Below, one piece after another: positions 41,350 to 49,524 of a stretch of 64,000 bases of DNA. This DNA comes from Spirochaetaceae bacterium (lineage in GTDB: Bacteria > Spirochaetota > Spirochaetia > DSM-2461), in the NCBI GenBank assembly GCA_051531975.1, contig JAOPTT010000006.1, forward strand, positions 526,977-590,976, written 5' to 3'. Below the pieces are notes generated by a model. It saw only the letters and a list, made by a program, of their open reading frames with translations, made no database searches and was not told the origin of the DNA. Numbering within the stretch: the first letter of the stretch is position 1; each line of letters starts with the position of its first letter. Both the position numbers and the translations under genes were made by a program.

Positions 41350-41522
41350 CAATTAGCACTTATGTGTATGACGGACAATTAGCACTTATGTGTATGCCAG
41401 ACAATTAGCACTTATGTGTATGACAGACAATTAGCACTTATGTGTATGACAGACAATTAGCACTTATGTGTATGACAGACAATTAGCACTTATGTGTATG
41501 ACAGACAATTAGCACTTATGTG
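41348..41522. repeat. 26-bp tandem array (6 full units plus a 19-bp partial unit), consensus GACAATTAGCACTTATGTGTATGACA
   Basis: Units start at 41348, 41374, 41400, 41426, 41452, 41478 and 41504. Only units 1 and 2 differ from consensus, by one base each. Confidence 0.97.
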
Positions 41523-41530
41523 CTAATTGT
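41505..41530. other. Perfect 11-bp hairpin formed by the last repeat unit and the 3' end of dnaB (possible terminator or stabiliser)
   Basis: ACAATTAGCAC-TTAT-GTGCTAATTGT spans the dnaB TAG; no clear U tract on either strand. Confidence 0.7.
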
Positions 41531-42866
41531 TATCATAGGCCAGTGGTTCAAACCTGGTATAATGAGGAATGAATGCCATTCTAATAGTTCCTACAGGACC
41601 ATTTCTCTGCTTTGCAATAATAAGTTCAGTTTCTATTGAATCTGGTGGTCCATCATCGCTATCGATGTGTCTCTCTCTATGTAAAAACATAACCATATCA
41701 GCATCCTGCTCAATAGATCCCGACTCTCTTATGTCTGCAAGTCCCGGAGCTTTACCTTCAGACTGTCTACCAACCTGGGATAAAACGATTACTGGGATAT
41801 CGAGTTCTCTTGCTAGAGCTTTTAAGGATTTACTTATCTCAGATACCTGTTCATGTTTTGGTATTTTATTATTTTCAGATGATATTAAACCTATATAATC
41901 AATAAATATAATTTTAACGTCATGTTTTGACTTCATCCTTCTTGCCTGGGCTCGAAGTTCTAAAAGGGTTATGTTTGGAGTATCATCTATATAGAGCGGA
42001 GAGTCGTATATTCGTCCAGCGGCATCAGTTAAAAGGTGAAAATCCGAATTTTTTAAGAATCCTGATCTTATTCTCTGAGATTCAATTTTCGCTTCTGCAG
42101 CTATAACCCTTTGCATTAATGACTCAGCTGACATCTCTAAAGTAAAAAAGCCTGTAGATATCTTTTGTTTAATAGCGGTATTAGCAGCTAAAGTCAAAGC
42201 AAATGCAGTTTTACCGACTGAAGGTCTTGCACCAATTATTACCATTTCCTGATTCTGAAAACCACTTGTCATATCATCCAAAGAGTTAAAACCTGATGGT
42301 ACACCAGTATATGTATCCTTAGTCTGATACCTCTTCTCTATCGCTTCTACAGTAGCCTGTACAACTTCTTTAGCGTCTTTGTATCTATTTGTCTGTTGTT
42401 TATCATTAATATCAAAAATAGCTTTCTCGGCATTTTCAACAATTAATTTAGAATCTTCAGTCTCATCGTGGGCATTTGAAATTATGGAATGTGCTACACT
42501 TATTAAATTTCTCCGAACTGCGCATTCAGAAACTATTTTAGCATAATAATTTACATTTGCTGCAGTTGGTACAGAACTTGTTAGTGTAGCAATGTAACCT
42601 GGGCCACCAGATTTATCTAGTTCACCTTTAGATGTTAAGTGGTCAACTAATGTAACTAAATCGACAGCACTACCATTACTTGATAGATCAATAATTGCTT
42701 GAAATACAATTCTATGTGCATTTTGATAAAAATCCGAGGGTTTAACGTACTCTAATACGTTATCTAATACTTCAGTATTAAAATTTAAGAGCAACGCCCC
42801 TATAGAAGCCTTCTCGGCTTCTAAATTATGGGGCGCAGTCTTATCCTTAAGTGAATTAAGGTTCAT
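41523..42866 (-). CDS. dnaB: Replicative DNA helicase
   Basis: PHNLEAE, GARPSVGKTAF, FTLEMS, IDYIGLI, LSQVGR, RESGSIEQDAD and AKQRNGP. Confidence 0.97.
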   Translation of the reverse strand: MNLNSLKDKTAPHNLEAEKASIGALLLNFNTEVLDNVLEYVKPSDFYQNAHRIVFQAIIDLSSNGSAVDLVTLVDHLTSKGELDKSGGPGYIATLTSSVPTAANVNYYAKIVSECAVRRNLISVAHSIISNAHDETEDSKLIVENAEKAIFDINDKQQTNRYKDAKEVVQATVEAIEKRYQTKDTYTGVPSGFNSLDDMTSGFQNQEMVIIGARPSVGKTAFALTLAANTAIKQKISTGFFTLEMSAESLMQRVIAAEAKIESQRIRSGFLKNSDFHLLTDAAGRIYDSPLYIDDTPNITLLELRAQARRMKSKHDVKIIFIDYIGLISSENNKIPKHEQVSEISKSLKALARELDIPVIVLSQVGRQSEGKAPGLADIRESGSIEQDADMVMFLHRERHIDSDDGPPDSIETELIIAKQRNGPVGTIRMAFIPHYTRFEPLAYDNN

Positions 42867-43402
42867 TATTCAGCAGAATCAGTAGTAGGTTCAACTTCAG
42901 CTGGAGCTTCAACAGGAGCTTCAACTTTTTCTTCTTCTACAACTTTTTTTGCTTCTTCAATTGGAGCAACAGTTAATTTTAACTTTGCAGATTCATTTCC
43001 GTAAAGTTTAATTTCAATACTGTATGTACCAATTACTTTAATGTTATGTCCAGGAACTTCTACTTTCTTACGTTCAACAGAAATACCTTTCTTTGTTAAC
43101 TCTTCAACAACTGTTGCATTGTTAACAGAACCAAAAAGTTTACCTTTTTCACCAACAGGCATTTTAATAGTTAACTCTTCTGATTCAATTTTTTCTCTAA
43201 GAGAAAGAGCAGCTTTTCTCTTCTCTTCTTTTAATTTCTCAATAGTTCTTTTTCTTTGCTCAAGAACTGTTAAGTTTGCTTTGTTGCATAGTACGGCTAA
43301 CTTATTTGGAATTAAATAGTTTCTAGCGTAACCATCTGCAACTACTTTAATATCACCTTCTTCACCTAGGTTAAGAACGTCTTTTGATAAAATAATTTTC
43401 AT
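42866..43402 (-). CDS. rplI: 50S ribosomal protein L9
   Basis: LGEEGDIKVVADGYARNYLIP and GKLFGSV. Confidence 0.97.
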   Translation of the reverse strand: MKIILSKDVLNLGEEGDIKVVADGYARNYLIPNKLAVLCNKANLTVLEQRKRTIEKLKEEKRKAALSLREKIESEELTIKMPVGEKGKLFGSVNNATVVEELTKKGISVERKKVEVPGHNIKVIGTYSIEIKLYGNESAKLKLTVAPIEEAKKVVEEEKVEAPVEAPAEVEPTTDSAE

Positions 43403-43417
43403 AATGATCCCCTAAAC

Positions 43418-43696
43418 TTATTTTCCAGCAAAAGGAAGAACTGCAATAGTTCTTGCTCTTTTGATCTCTCTAGTTAATGCTCTTTGGTGAGATGCACAAG
43501 TACCAGTAATTCTTCTTGGTAATATTTTACCATTATCTGATACAAATCTTTTTAAAGATTCAGCATTCTTATAATCCATTGCAGCTTTACCTACACAAAA
43601 TTTACAAACTTTCTTTCTGAAGAATTTATTTGCTCTTGGACCTTTTGGTGCAAAAGATTTTCTTCCAGAATCGTCGCTTCTTTGCTCATCGCTCAT
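43418..43696 (-). CDS. rpsR: 30S ribosomal protein S18
   Basis: [12 protein letters not shown] and [15 protein letters not shown] at 43696 after AGGAG. Confidence 0.97.
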   Translation of the reverse strand: MSDEQRSDDSGRKSFAPKGPRANKFFRKKVCKFCVGKAAMDYKNAESLKRFVSDNGKILPRRITGTCASHQRALTREIKRARTIAVLPFAGK

Positions 43697-43711
43697 AGTC
43701 AACTCCTAATC

Positions 43712-44230
43712 TTAAAATGGTATATCGTCTTCGAAATTACCATTCCCACCCTGATTTCCGGATGGATAATTTTCGTAGGACGGTTTATTGTTGCTTACAC
43801 TGTTATTATTGTGATTATTATTTCCAGAATTTTGGTTTCCTTGATTAAAATTACTTTTCTGATTATTACCAGAATAACTTTGACCACCACCTTGCCCAGG
43901 ACTATTACCACCTAATAACTGAATATTATTACCAAGAACATAAACTTTACTTCTCTTTTGGCCATCTTGTTCCCATCGATCTTGCTTAAGTTCACCAATA
44001 ACAGCAATTTGCTTACCTTTCAGTAAATACTGATTTAAAGTTTCACCTAATCTACCTAGTAAAGTAACATCAATAAAGTTGGCCTCTTCAACCCATTGAT
44101 CTCCATCTTTTTTAGTAGAATTAACAGCAAGTGATAATTTAGATATTGCAAAACCACTATTAGTATACTTTAGTTCTGAATCTCTAGTTAGTCGACCTAC
44201 AATTGTAACACTGTTTATATCTTTAGCCAT
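43712..44230 (-). CDS. ssb: Single-stranded DNA-binding protein
   Basis: NSVTIVGRLTRD, an N/G-rich linker and C-terminal DDIPF. Confidence 0.97.
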   Translation of the reverse strand: MAKDINSVTIVGRLTRDSELKYTNSGFAISKLSLAVNSTKKDGDQWVEEANFIDVTLLGRLGETLNQYLLKGKQIAVIGELKQDRWEQDGQKRSKVYVLGNNIQLLGGNSPGQGGGQSYSGNNQKSNFNQGNQNSGNNNHNNNSVSNNKPSYENYPSGNQGGNGNFEDDIPF

Positions 44231-44254
44231 AACAACCCCTATCCTTGATTTAAT

Positions 44255-44536
44255 CTATTTTTCTGAACGAATAAAAAGATATTTTAATAATTCATCTTTA
44301 AGTTTAAATTGTTCATCAAGTATTGCTACTTTTGAACCATCTAACTTAATTAAGAAAAAGTGATAGTGCGATCTATCTTCTTTTTTGATTTGATAAGCTA
44401 CAGGTCTATCACCCATATCTTCTTCTTTTAAGAATTCTGCACCAGCTTCAGTTAATAAAGCTTTTACAGCTTCTAAACCTTTAGCATAGTTGTCTTCTTT
44501 CGTTTTAAAAAGACATACCAATTCATATTTTGTCAT
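44255..44536 (-). CDS. rpsF: 30S ribosomal protein S6
   Basis: YELV...MGDRPVAYQIKK; first gene of the canonical rpsF-ssb-rpsR-rplI order. Confidence 0.93.
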   Translation of the reverse strand: MTKYELVCLFKTKEDNYAKGLEAVKALLTEAGAEFLKEEDMGDRPVAYQIKKEDRSHYHFFLIKLDGSKVAILDEQFKLKDELLKYLFIRSEK

Positions 44537-44590
44537 CTGTTCCTCCTTGCGGACTTCTATGATTCACTAACAGTGAATAAAGAGGCTACA
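44537..44590 (-). ncRNA. Candidate S6:S18 autoregulatory leader RNA
   Basis: The minus strand has a hairpin ATTCAC-TGTTA-GTGAAT within a longer imperfect stem, then CCG-C-AAGGAGG, i.e. a CCR motif just 5' of the SD as in known S6:S18 leaders. Confidence 0.55.
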
Positions 44591-44592
44591 AT

Positions 44593-44621
44593 AAAATAGC
44601 ATAGTACAAAATATGAGTCAA
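44593..44621 (-). promoter_or_regulatory. Sigma70-type promoter of the rpsF operon (TTGACT-17-TATTTT with extended TGn)
   Basis: Read directly on the minus strand upstream of the leader. Confidence 0.65.
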
Positions 44622-44652
44622 GATCCAAAGCGTTTCTTACGATAATTGAAAG

Positions 44653-45099
44653 ATGGAAAACATAACAAATACGCTGATACAGTACGAAGAAAACATCTTT
44701 TATTTAAAGTTATCTTTAAATAATATAAAAAAAGCTCAATTACTTAATATAAATAGGGAACTTTTTCAAAACAAAATTAAGCAAGATCTTGCTTTTATTC
44801 AAAAGTGTACCAATGTTTTATATGAACATCTACAAAAAAATAGTAAATTTATAACTATGAATGAGCAATTACACTCAATTCAGAGCCTAAAAAAATTATT
44901 TAATAGAGAAGTTAACTCTTTAATAAAGTCCGGATTTATTAAAAAGTCAGATTTTATTGAACAGTTAGAAATAAATAATTTTGATATTGAAAAGATTTCT
45001 GATAAAATCAGTGAAATTGCTGATGATGTAAACAAGGAAGACTTAACTACAAACGAAGAGTTAAATATTTTATTAATGGATGATATGAATAATGAATAA
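44653..45099 (+). CDS. Hypothetical helical protein
   Basis: 148-aa ORF overlapping the start of the next gene; no recognised motif. Confidence 0.7.
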   Translation: MENITNTLIQYEENIFYLKLSLNNIKKAQLLNINRELFQNKIKQDLAFIQKCTNVLYEHLQKNSKFITMNEQLHSIQSLKKLFNREVNSLIKSGFIKKSDFIEQLEINNFDIEKISDKISEIADDVNKEDLTTNEELNILLMDDMNNE

Positions 45100-46543
45100 C
45101 ATAAACTACGAATTATCAAATACTTTACTGAAGTTATTTAATGATGGGGAAATTGGTCAAGAACCTAAAGTTGTTCTTCAAGATCTACCCAATGTTGATA
45201 ATATAAATATATTTGACTTATCTAATGATATAAATATTGCAATTGATGAAAAACAAGTAAATAACTTTTTTAACAAATTTAATTTACCACCTGATATTTT
45301 CATTGAATGTAAATTAAATAACTTCTATTTCAACTCTGAACTGTTAGAAAAAATTGGAATATATTTATATCCTACAATTGCATTTGGTGTATTAAATGGT
45401 GGTTCTGCAACAAGTTATGTTGATATTTCAAAAAACAGAGGATTTAATGAAGAATTACATAATAATTTATCAGAAGTATTTAAAGATTTAACTTCTAAAT
45501 ACAAAGGAAAAGCAAAAGGTATTACCCCAGCGTACATTAATCCAGATGGAAGTCCTGGAGTTTCTTTTATGGAATTAAAATTTCGTTCATTATTATTAGA
45601 ATCGAAAAAGTATAATGATGTAACTGGTCTTGATCCAAAAAATCTTTTCCCTATATTTCAAATGACCTCTTCAATGAATAATGAAGAAATTAATTCTTTT
45701 TATGATTCAATTAAAGACAGTCCAATGTTAAAAGAACTAATTAAAGAAACAAATAATAATAATATATCAAATGTATATTCTGGAATTCAGCCATTAATAA
45801 CTGCTTTTACTCATTCTAGTGTTTCAGATAAGAAAGAAATATTTAAAGATAGTGATGGAGAGAATTTAGCACTACCAGGTGGGCATGGACAGTGTTTTTT
45901 AGTTTTAAAACAGATATTTAAAGATTTATTAAAAAAAGGTGTATACTTTATAACACTTGGAAATGTAGATAATATAGGTTATTCAATTGATCCAAAAACA
46001 CTTGCTTTATTAGCTTTAACTGGTAAACAAGCAACATTTGATTTTTCATATAAGACACAATTTGATGTAAAAGGTGGTATTTTAATAAAAGATCAATTTG
46101 GTAAACTAAATTGTGCAGATATTGGTGTTGCAGTTTCTAAAAATGACTTAGAAAAAGCACAAGAAAGTGGAAAACCTATTCTATTTAACTGTGCTACTGG
46201 TATGTTTTCTTTGGAATATCTTGTAAATAATTTAGATGATATAATATTAAAGCTTCCTACTAGATTTAGTGATCAAAATAAAGATATAGGATTATACTCC
46301 CAAGCTGAACAAGTTACATGGGAGATAATAAGTCTACTAGATGATTTTATGATAATGGCGGTTAACAAATATGACAGATTTTTAGCTTCTAAATTATTAT
46401 TAGAAAATTTAGTAACAAGTGGTTTTGCTACTAATATAACAAATATAGAACTAAAAAATTGTGCTAAAGAATTAAATAAAGGACTATTAAATATATTAGA
46501 AAACAAATTAAATCTAAAAATAATTAATGGTAAATGGGTTTAA
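45092..46543 (+). CDS. UDPGP-family (eukaryote-type) nucleotide-sugar pyrophosphorylase, probable UTP--glucose-1-phosphate uridylyltransferase
   Basis: LNGGSATS, PGGHGQ, LGNVDNIG, KGG, FNCATG and RFLASK motifs. Confidence 0.8.
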   Translation: MNNINYELSNTLLKLFNDGEIGQEPKVVLQDLPNVDNINIFDLSNDINIAIDEKQVNNFFNKFNLPPDIFIECKLNNFYFNSELLEKIGIYLYPTIAFGVLNGGSATSYVDISKNRGFNEELHNNLSEVFKDLTSKYKGKAKGITPAYINPDGSPGVSFMELKFRSLLLESKKYNDVTGLDPKNLFPIFQMTSSMNNEEINSFYDSIKDSPMLKELIKETNNNNISNVYSGIQPLITAFTHSSVSDKKEIFKDSDGENLALPGGHGQCFLVLKQIFKDLLKKGVYFITLGNVDNIGYSIDPKTLALLALTGKQATFDFSYKTQFDVKGGILIKDQFGKLNCADIGVAVSKNDLEKAQESGKPILFNCATGMFSLEYLVNNLDDIILKLPTRFSDQNKDIGLYSQAEQVTWEIISLLDDFMIMAVNKYDRFLASKLLLENLVTSGFATNITNIELKNCAKELNKGLLNILENKLNLKIINGKWV

Positions 46544-46546
46544 TTC

Positions 46547-47251
46547 TTATTTAATAATTGTTTCTAGGGCAAGTTCCATCATTTGAGTAAAAGTTTTTTC
46601 TCTTTCTTCACTTGATGTTTCTTCCCAAGTAACTAATGAATCACTTACTGTTAAAATTGTTAAAGCACTAACATTATATTTTGCAGCTAAAGTATATAGA
46701 GCCGAAGATTCCATCTCAACAGCTAGAACATTAAAGTTAGCCCACATTTTCCACTCATCAGGATTATCTGTATAAAATGAATCTGAAGAAAGCACATTAC
46801 CTGCTTTTAAATCAATATCCATTTTTTTTGCTACATCCAAAGCATTAGAAAACAGTTTAAAATCTGCTGTTGGTGCAAAATCCATTCCATTAAATCTATT
46901 TTTGTTCATTGATGAATTTGTCGAAGATGCCATTGCTAAAACAATATCTCTTACATGAATATCAGATTGCATAGAACCACAAGAACCTACACGAATAAGT
47001 TTCTTAACATCATATTCTTTTATCAATTCATTAACATATATTGATAAAGATGGTAAGCCCATTCCGGTACCCTGTACTGAAATTTTTTCACCCTTATATA
47101 GACCAGTATATCCTAGCATTCCCCGTACTTTATTATAACATACAGGGTTTTCTAAATAATTTTTAGCAATAAATTCCGCCCTAAGTGGATCACCTGGAAG
47201 TAATATTTTATCAGCTATTGCGCCTTTTTCTGCATTAATATGAATACTCAA
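46547..47251 (-). CDS. deoD: Purine-nucleoside phosphorylase, hexameric DeoD type
   Basis: [38 protein letters not shown] and TVSD; TTG start. Confidence 0.96.
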   Translation of the reverse strand: MSIHINAEKGAIADKILLPGDPLRAEFIAKNYLENPVCYNKVRGMLGYTGLYKGEKISVQGTGMGLPSLSIYVNELIKEYDVKKLIRVGSCGSMQSDIHVRDIVLAMASSTNSSMNKNRFNGMDFAPTADFKLFSNALDVAKKMDIDLKAGNVLSSDSFYTDNPDEWKMWANFNVLAVEMESSALYTLAAKYNVSALTILTVSDSLVTWEETSSEEREKTFTQMMELALETIIK

Positions 47252-47263
47252 ATTAAACCTCTT

Positions 47264-47698
47264 TTATTTCAGTACTCCAAGCACTCTTTCTAAAACTTTT
47301 TTTCTATCTAATGGTTTAACAATATAATTTTTTGCACCAATCATTAGAGACTTTTTAACTAAATCTTGCTTACCTAGTGCACTAACCATTACAACTTTAG
47401 CATCTTTATCAAATTCAATAATCTTTTCTAATGCAGTAACCCCATCCATTTTAGGCATTGTTATATCCATAGTAACAATATCTACATTTGGATGTAGTTC
47501 TTTGTACATTTCTACACCTTCTTCACCATTTCCGGCGGCTCCAATTACCTCAAAACCTTCTGAATTTAATATCTGTGATATCTGTTTTCTTACAAAAACA
47601 GAATCATCAACTACTAAAACCTTATATGCTAAACCAGAATCACTTTGACCTTCTGGTTTTCTTTCATTAATTGAAGGCATATCACTATTAGTTTTCAT
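47264..47698 (-). CDS. cheY: Chemotaxis response regulator CheY with spirochaete-type N-terminal extension
   Basis: VVDDS, TMDITMP, VSA and VKP; follows cheX. Confidence 0.92.
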   Translation of the reverse strand: MKTNSDMPSINERKPEGQSDSGLAYKVLVVDDSVFVRKQISQILNSEGFEVIGAAGNGEEGVEMYKELHPNVDIVTMDITMPKMDGVTALEKIIEFDKDAKVVMVSALGKQDLVKKSLMIGAKNYIVKPLDRKKVLERVLGVLK

Positions 47699-47706
47699 AT
47701 ATACTC

Positions 47707-48171
47707 CTAGTTTCTCTCTCTAATTGCCACATTAATTTCAATTTTCCCAAGTGTTAATTCCATAGGAACAATTAAAGCTTCCACATCCATATCTGTTACT
47801 TGCATATTTTCACCAGTAATAATTGCAGGGGGAGTAAGGTCAAACTTAAAACCTAAATCATATAATTTAGTTACAGCTTGAGCTGTGATCATATTAGCTA
47901 ATTCAGTTATGGTTGCTTTTCCAAGATCATCTAAGCTTGGAAGAGTCTCTCCATTCATTGCAGATGCTAAATCAACAGCCGTCTGCATACTCATGTCAAA
48001 TAAAACTCGACCTTCAACATCTCCTGCTAAACCTACTATAGCAGCAACACCCATAACAGGTTGTGTTGTTCTTTTAAGAAATAATTCCCCTCTTTGTACT
48101 TCAGTACCAAGCACTTCTTTTAACACATTAAATGCTGCTTCAACAAACGGGTTAATATATTCTACTCTCAT
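47707..48171 (-). CDS. cheX: CheY-P phosphatase CheX
   Basis: YINPFVEA, GLAGDVEGRV, ELANMI (ExxN) and LTPP. Confidence 0.95.
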   Translation of the reverse strand: MRVEYINPFVEAAFNVLKEVLGTEVQRGELFLKRTTQPVMGVAAIVGLAGDVEGRVLFDMSMQTAVDLASAMNGETLPSLDDLGKATITELANMITAQAVTKLYDLGFKFDLTPPAIITGENMQVTDMDVEALIVPMELTLGKIEINVAIRERN

Positions 48172-48213
48172 GGACTACAATCTCCTTCTAATATCTTGTT
48201 ATATTGTTTAACA

Positions 48214-49524
48214 CTATTTTTTTATATAAACTCTAATGGATCCAGAACTACTTTCTGTCCAATCTCCAGAATTTGGTAGTTCCTCATTTTCTCCTAATAA
48301 TAAAACTCCACCAGGTTTCATTTTTTTAGCCACTATTGCAAAGAATTTCATCTGAACATCTTCTGGTAAAAATGATATTAAATCTCTAGCACATATAAAC
48401 TGATAGCCAGAGAAATGATCTGCATTATTAACATCGTGGTATTCAAATCTAATTGAATCTTTTATTTCATTATTAAAACTATAACCATTTATAGATTCAG
48501 AAACAAAATTCCTATATCTATCAGGGATATCGCTTTTACTAAAGTTTAATGCAGGTGCAGATGAAATGCTTAATAAATCTGAATCTCCTGCATGAATTTT
48601 AATTTGGGTACTACCATAATGTTCTTTTAACATACAAGCCAATGAATATGTTTCGTATCCTCTACCACAACCAGGATTCCAAATTTGCATAATACCAGAA
48701 GATACATTTGGTAACACCTTCTTTATTGCATCTATATAATCTGTTTTCCAGAACTGCCCAGTACAAGGAGAGAAAAATGGTAATAAAAATTCATTTGCAG
48801 AAGCTTCAGATTCAAGTTGAAAGTCTTTTCCTTCTGCATTTCTATACTGTTTCCAGATTTTACCTCTATCTTTTAACCACACCATATTCACTGGAGATAC
48901 ATTGAACTTTTTAAAAGTGCTTAACGTATCTTTAAAAAAGCTAATATCAATTGCTTCTTCTTTAGTAGATTTAAATTCTTCTTTAGCATTTAACTGACTT
49001 ATAGCTTCAATCTGTTTATCAACAGATTCTGGATTAGTAGAAAATATCTTCTCTACATCTAAAATAATGTAAAGTTTTTTATCATTTTCAACTACACCGT
49101 GGATATATTCAATATTAACATCGCCAAACAGAGGATGTGATGGCTGTATTCGAGAACTAGATACACCTACAACTCTATCAATACCATCAACGATTACACC
49201 TATAAGGTGGCCATATTCTAATTGTAATATGACCATGTTTTCAGATTCATTATCCTGCTTTTCTTCAATCTTAAGTCCAAAAAACAATCTTAAATCTATT
49301 ATTGAAATTATCTCTCCCCTAAGATTATATACACCACGAACAAAAGGTGCTGTATTTGGAACGAACGTAAATCTATCAGCTTTTGATATACTAGCAACAT
49401 TCATTATATTTATTCCATAATCTTTTCCAGCTAAAGTGAAAGTAACCATTTTATAATCAATGTTTACAGAGATATCTTTGTCTTCAACTGCTACATTCAT
49501 CTTCTCATCTTCCATTAATATCAA
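48214..49524 (-). CDS. cheW: CheW adaptor fused to a CheR-like methyltransferase domain
   Basis: N-terminal CheW (VPNTAPFVRGVYNLRGEIISIIDLR); C-terminal IWNPGCGRGYETYSLA, FEYHD, ICARDL and GGVLLLGENE. Exact start uncertain. Confidence 0.9.
   Translation of the reverse strand: MILMEDEKMNVAVEDKDISVNIDYKMVTFTLAGKDYGINIMNVASISKADRFTFVPNTAPFVRGVYNLRGEIISIIDLRLFFGLKIEEKQDNESENMVILQLEYGHLIGVIVDGIDRVVGVSSSRIQPSHPLFGDVNIEYIHGVVENDKKLYIILDVEKIFSTNPESVDKQIEAISQLNAKEEFKSTKEEAIDISFFKDTLSTFKKFNVSPVNMVWLKDRGKIWKQYRNAEGKDFQLESEASANEFLLPFFSPCTGQFWKTDYIDAIKKVLPNVSSGIMQIWNPGCGRGYETYSLACMLKEHYGSTQIKIHAGDSDLLSISSAPALNFSKSDIPDRYRNFVSESINGYSFNNEIKDSIRFEYHDVNNADHFSGYQFICARDLISFLPEDVQMKFFAIVAKKMKPGGVLLLGENEELPNSGDWTESSSGSIRVYIKK

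Noticed and set aside
41348..41522. CRISPR array interpretation of the 26-bp repeats
   Set aside because: The units are head-to-tail with no unique spacers (the 7-nt linkers are nearly identical), and there is no leader or cas gene in the window.
41523..42866. Intein in DnaB
   Set aside because: The length (447 aa) and continuous motifs leave no room for an insertion.
48214..49524. CheW-CheR fusion as a novelty
   Set aside because: It is already known from the cheA-cheW-cheX-cheY operons of Borrelia and Treponema.
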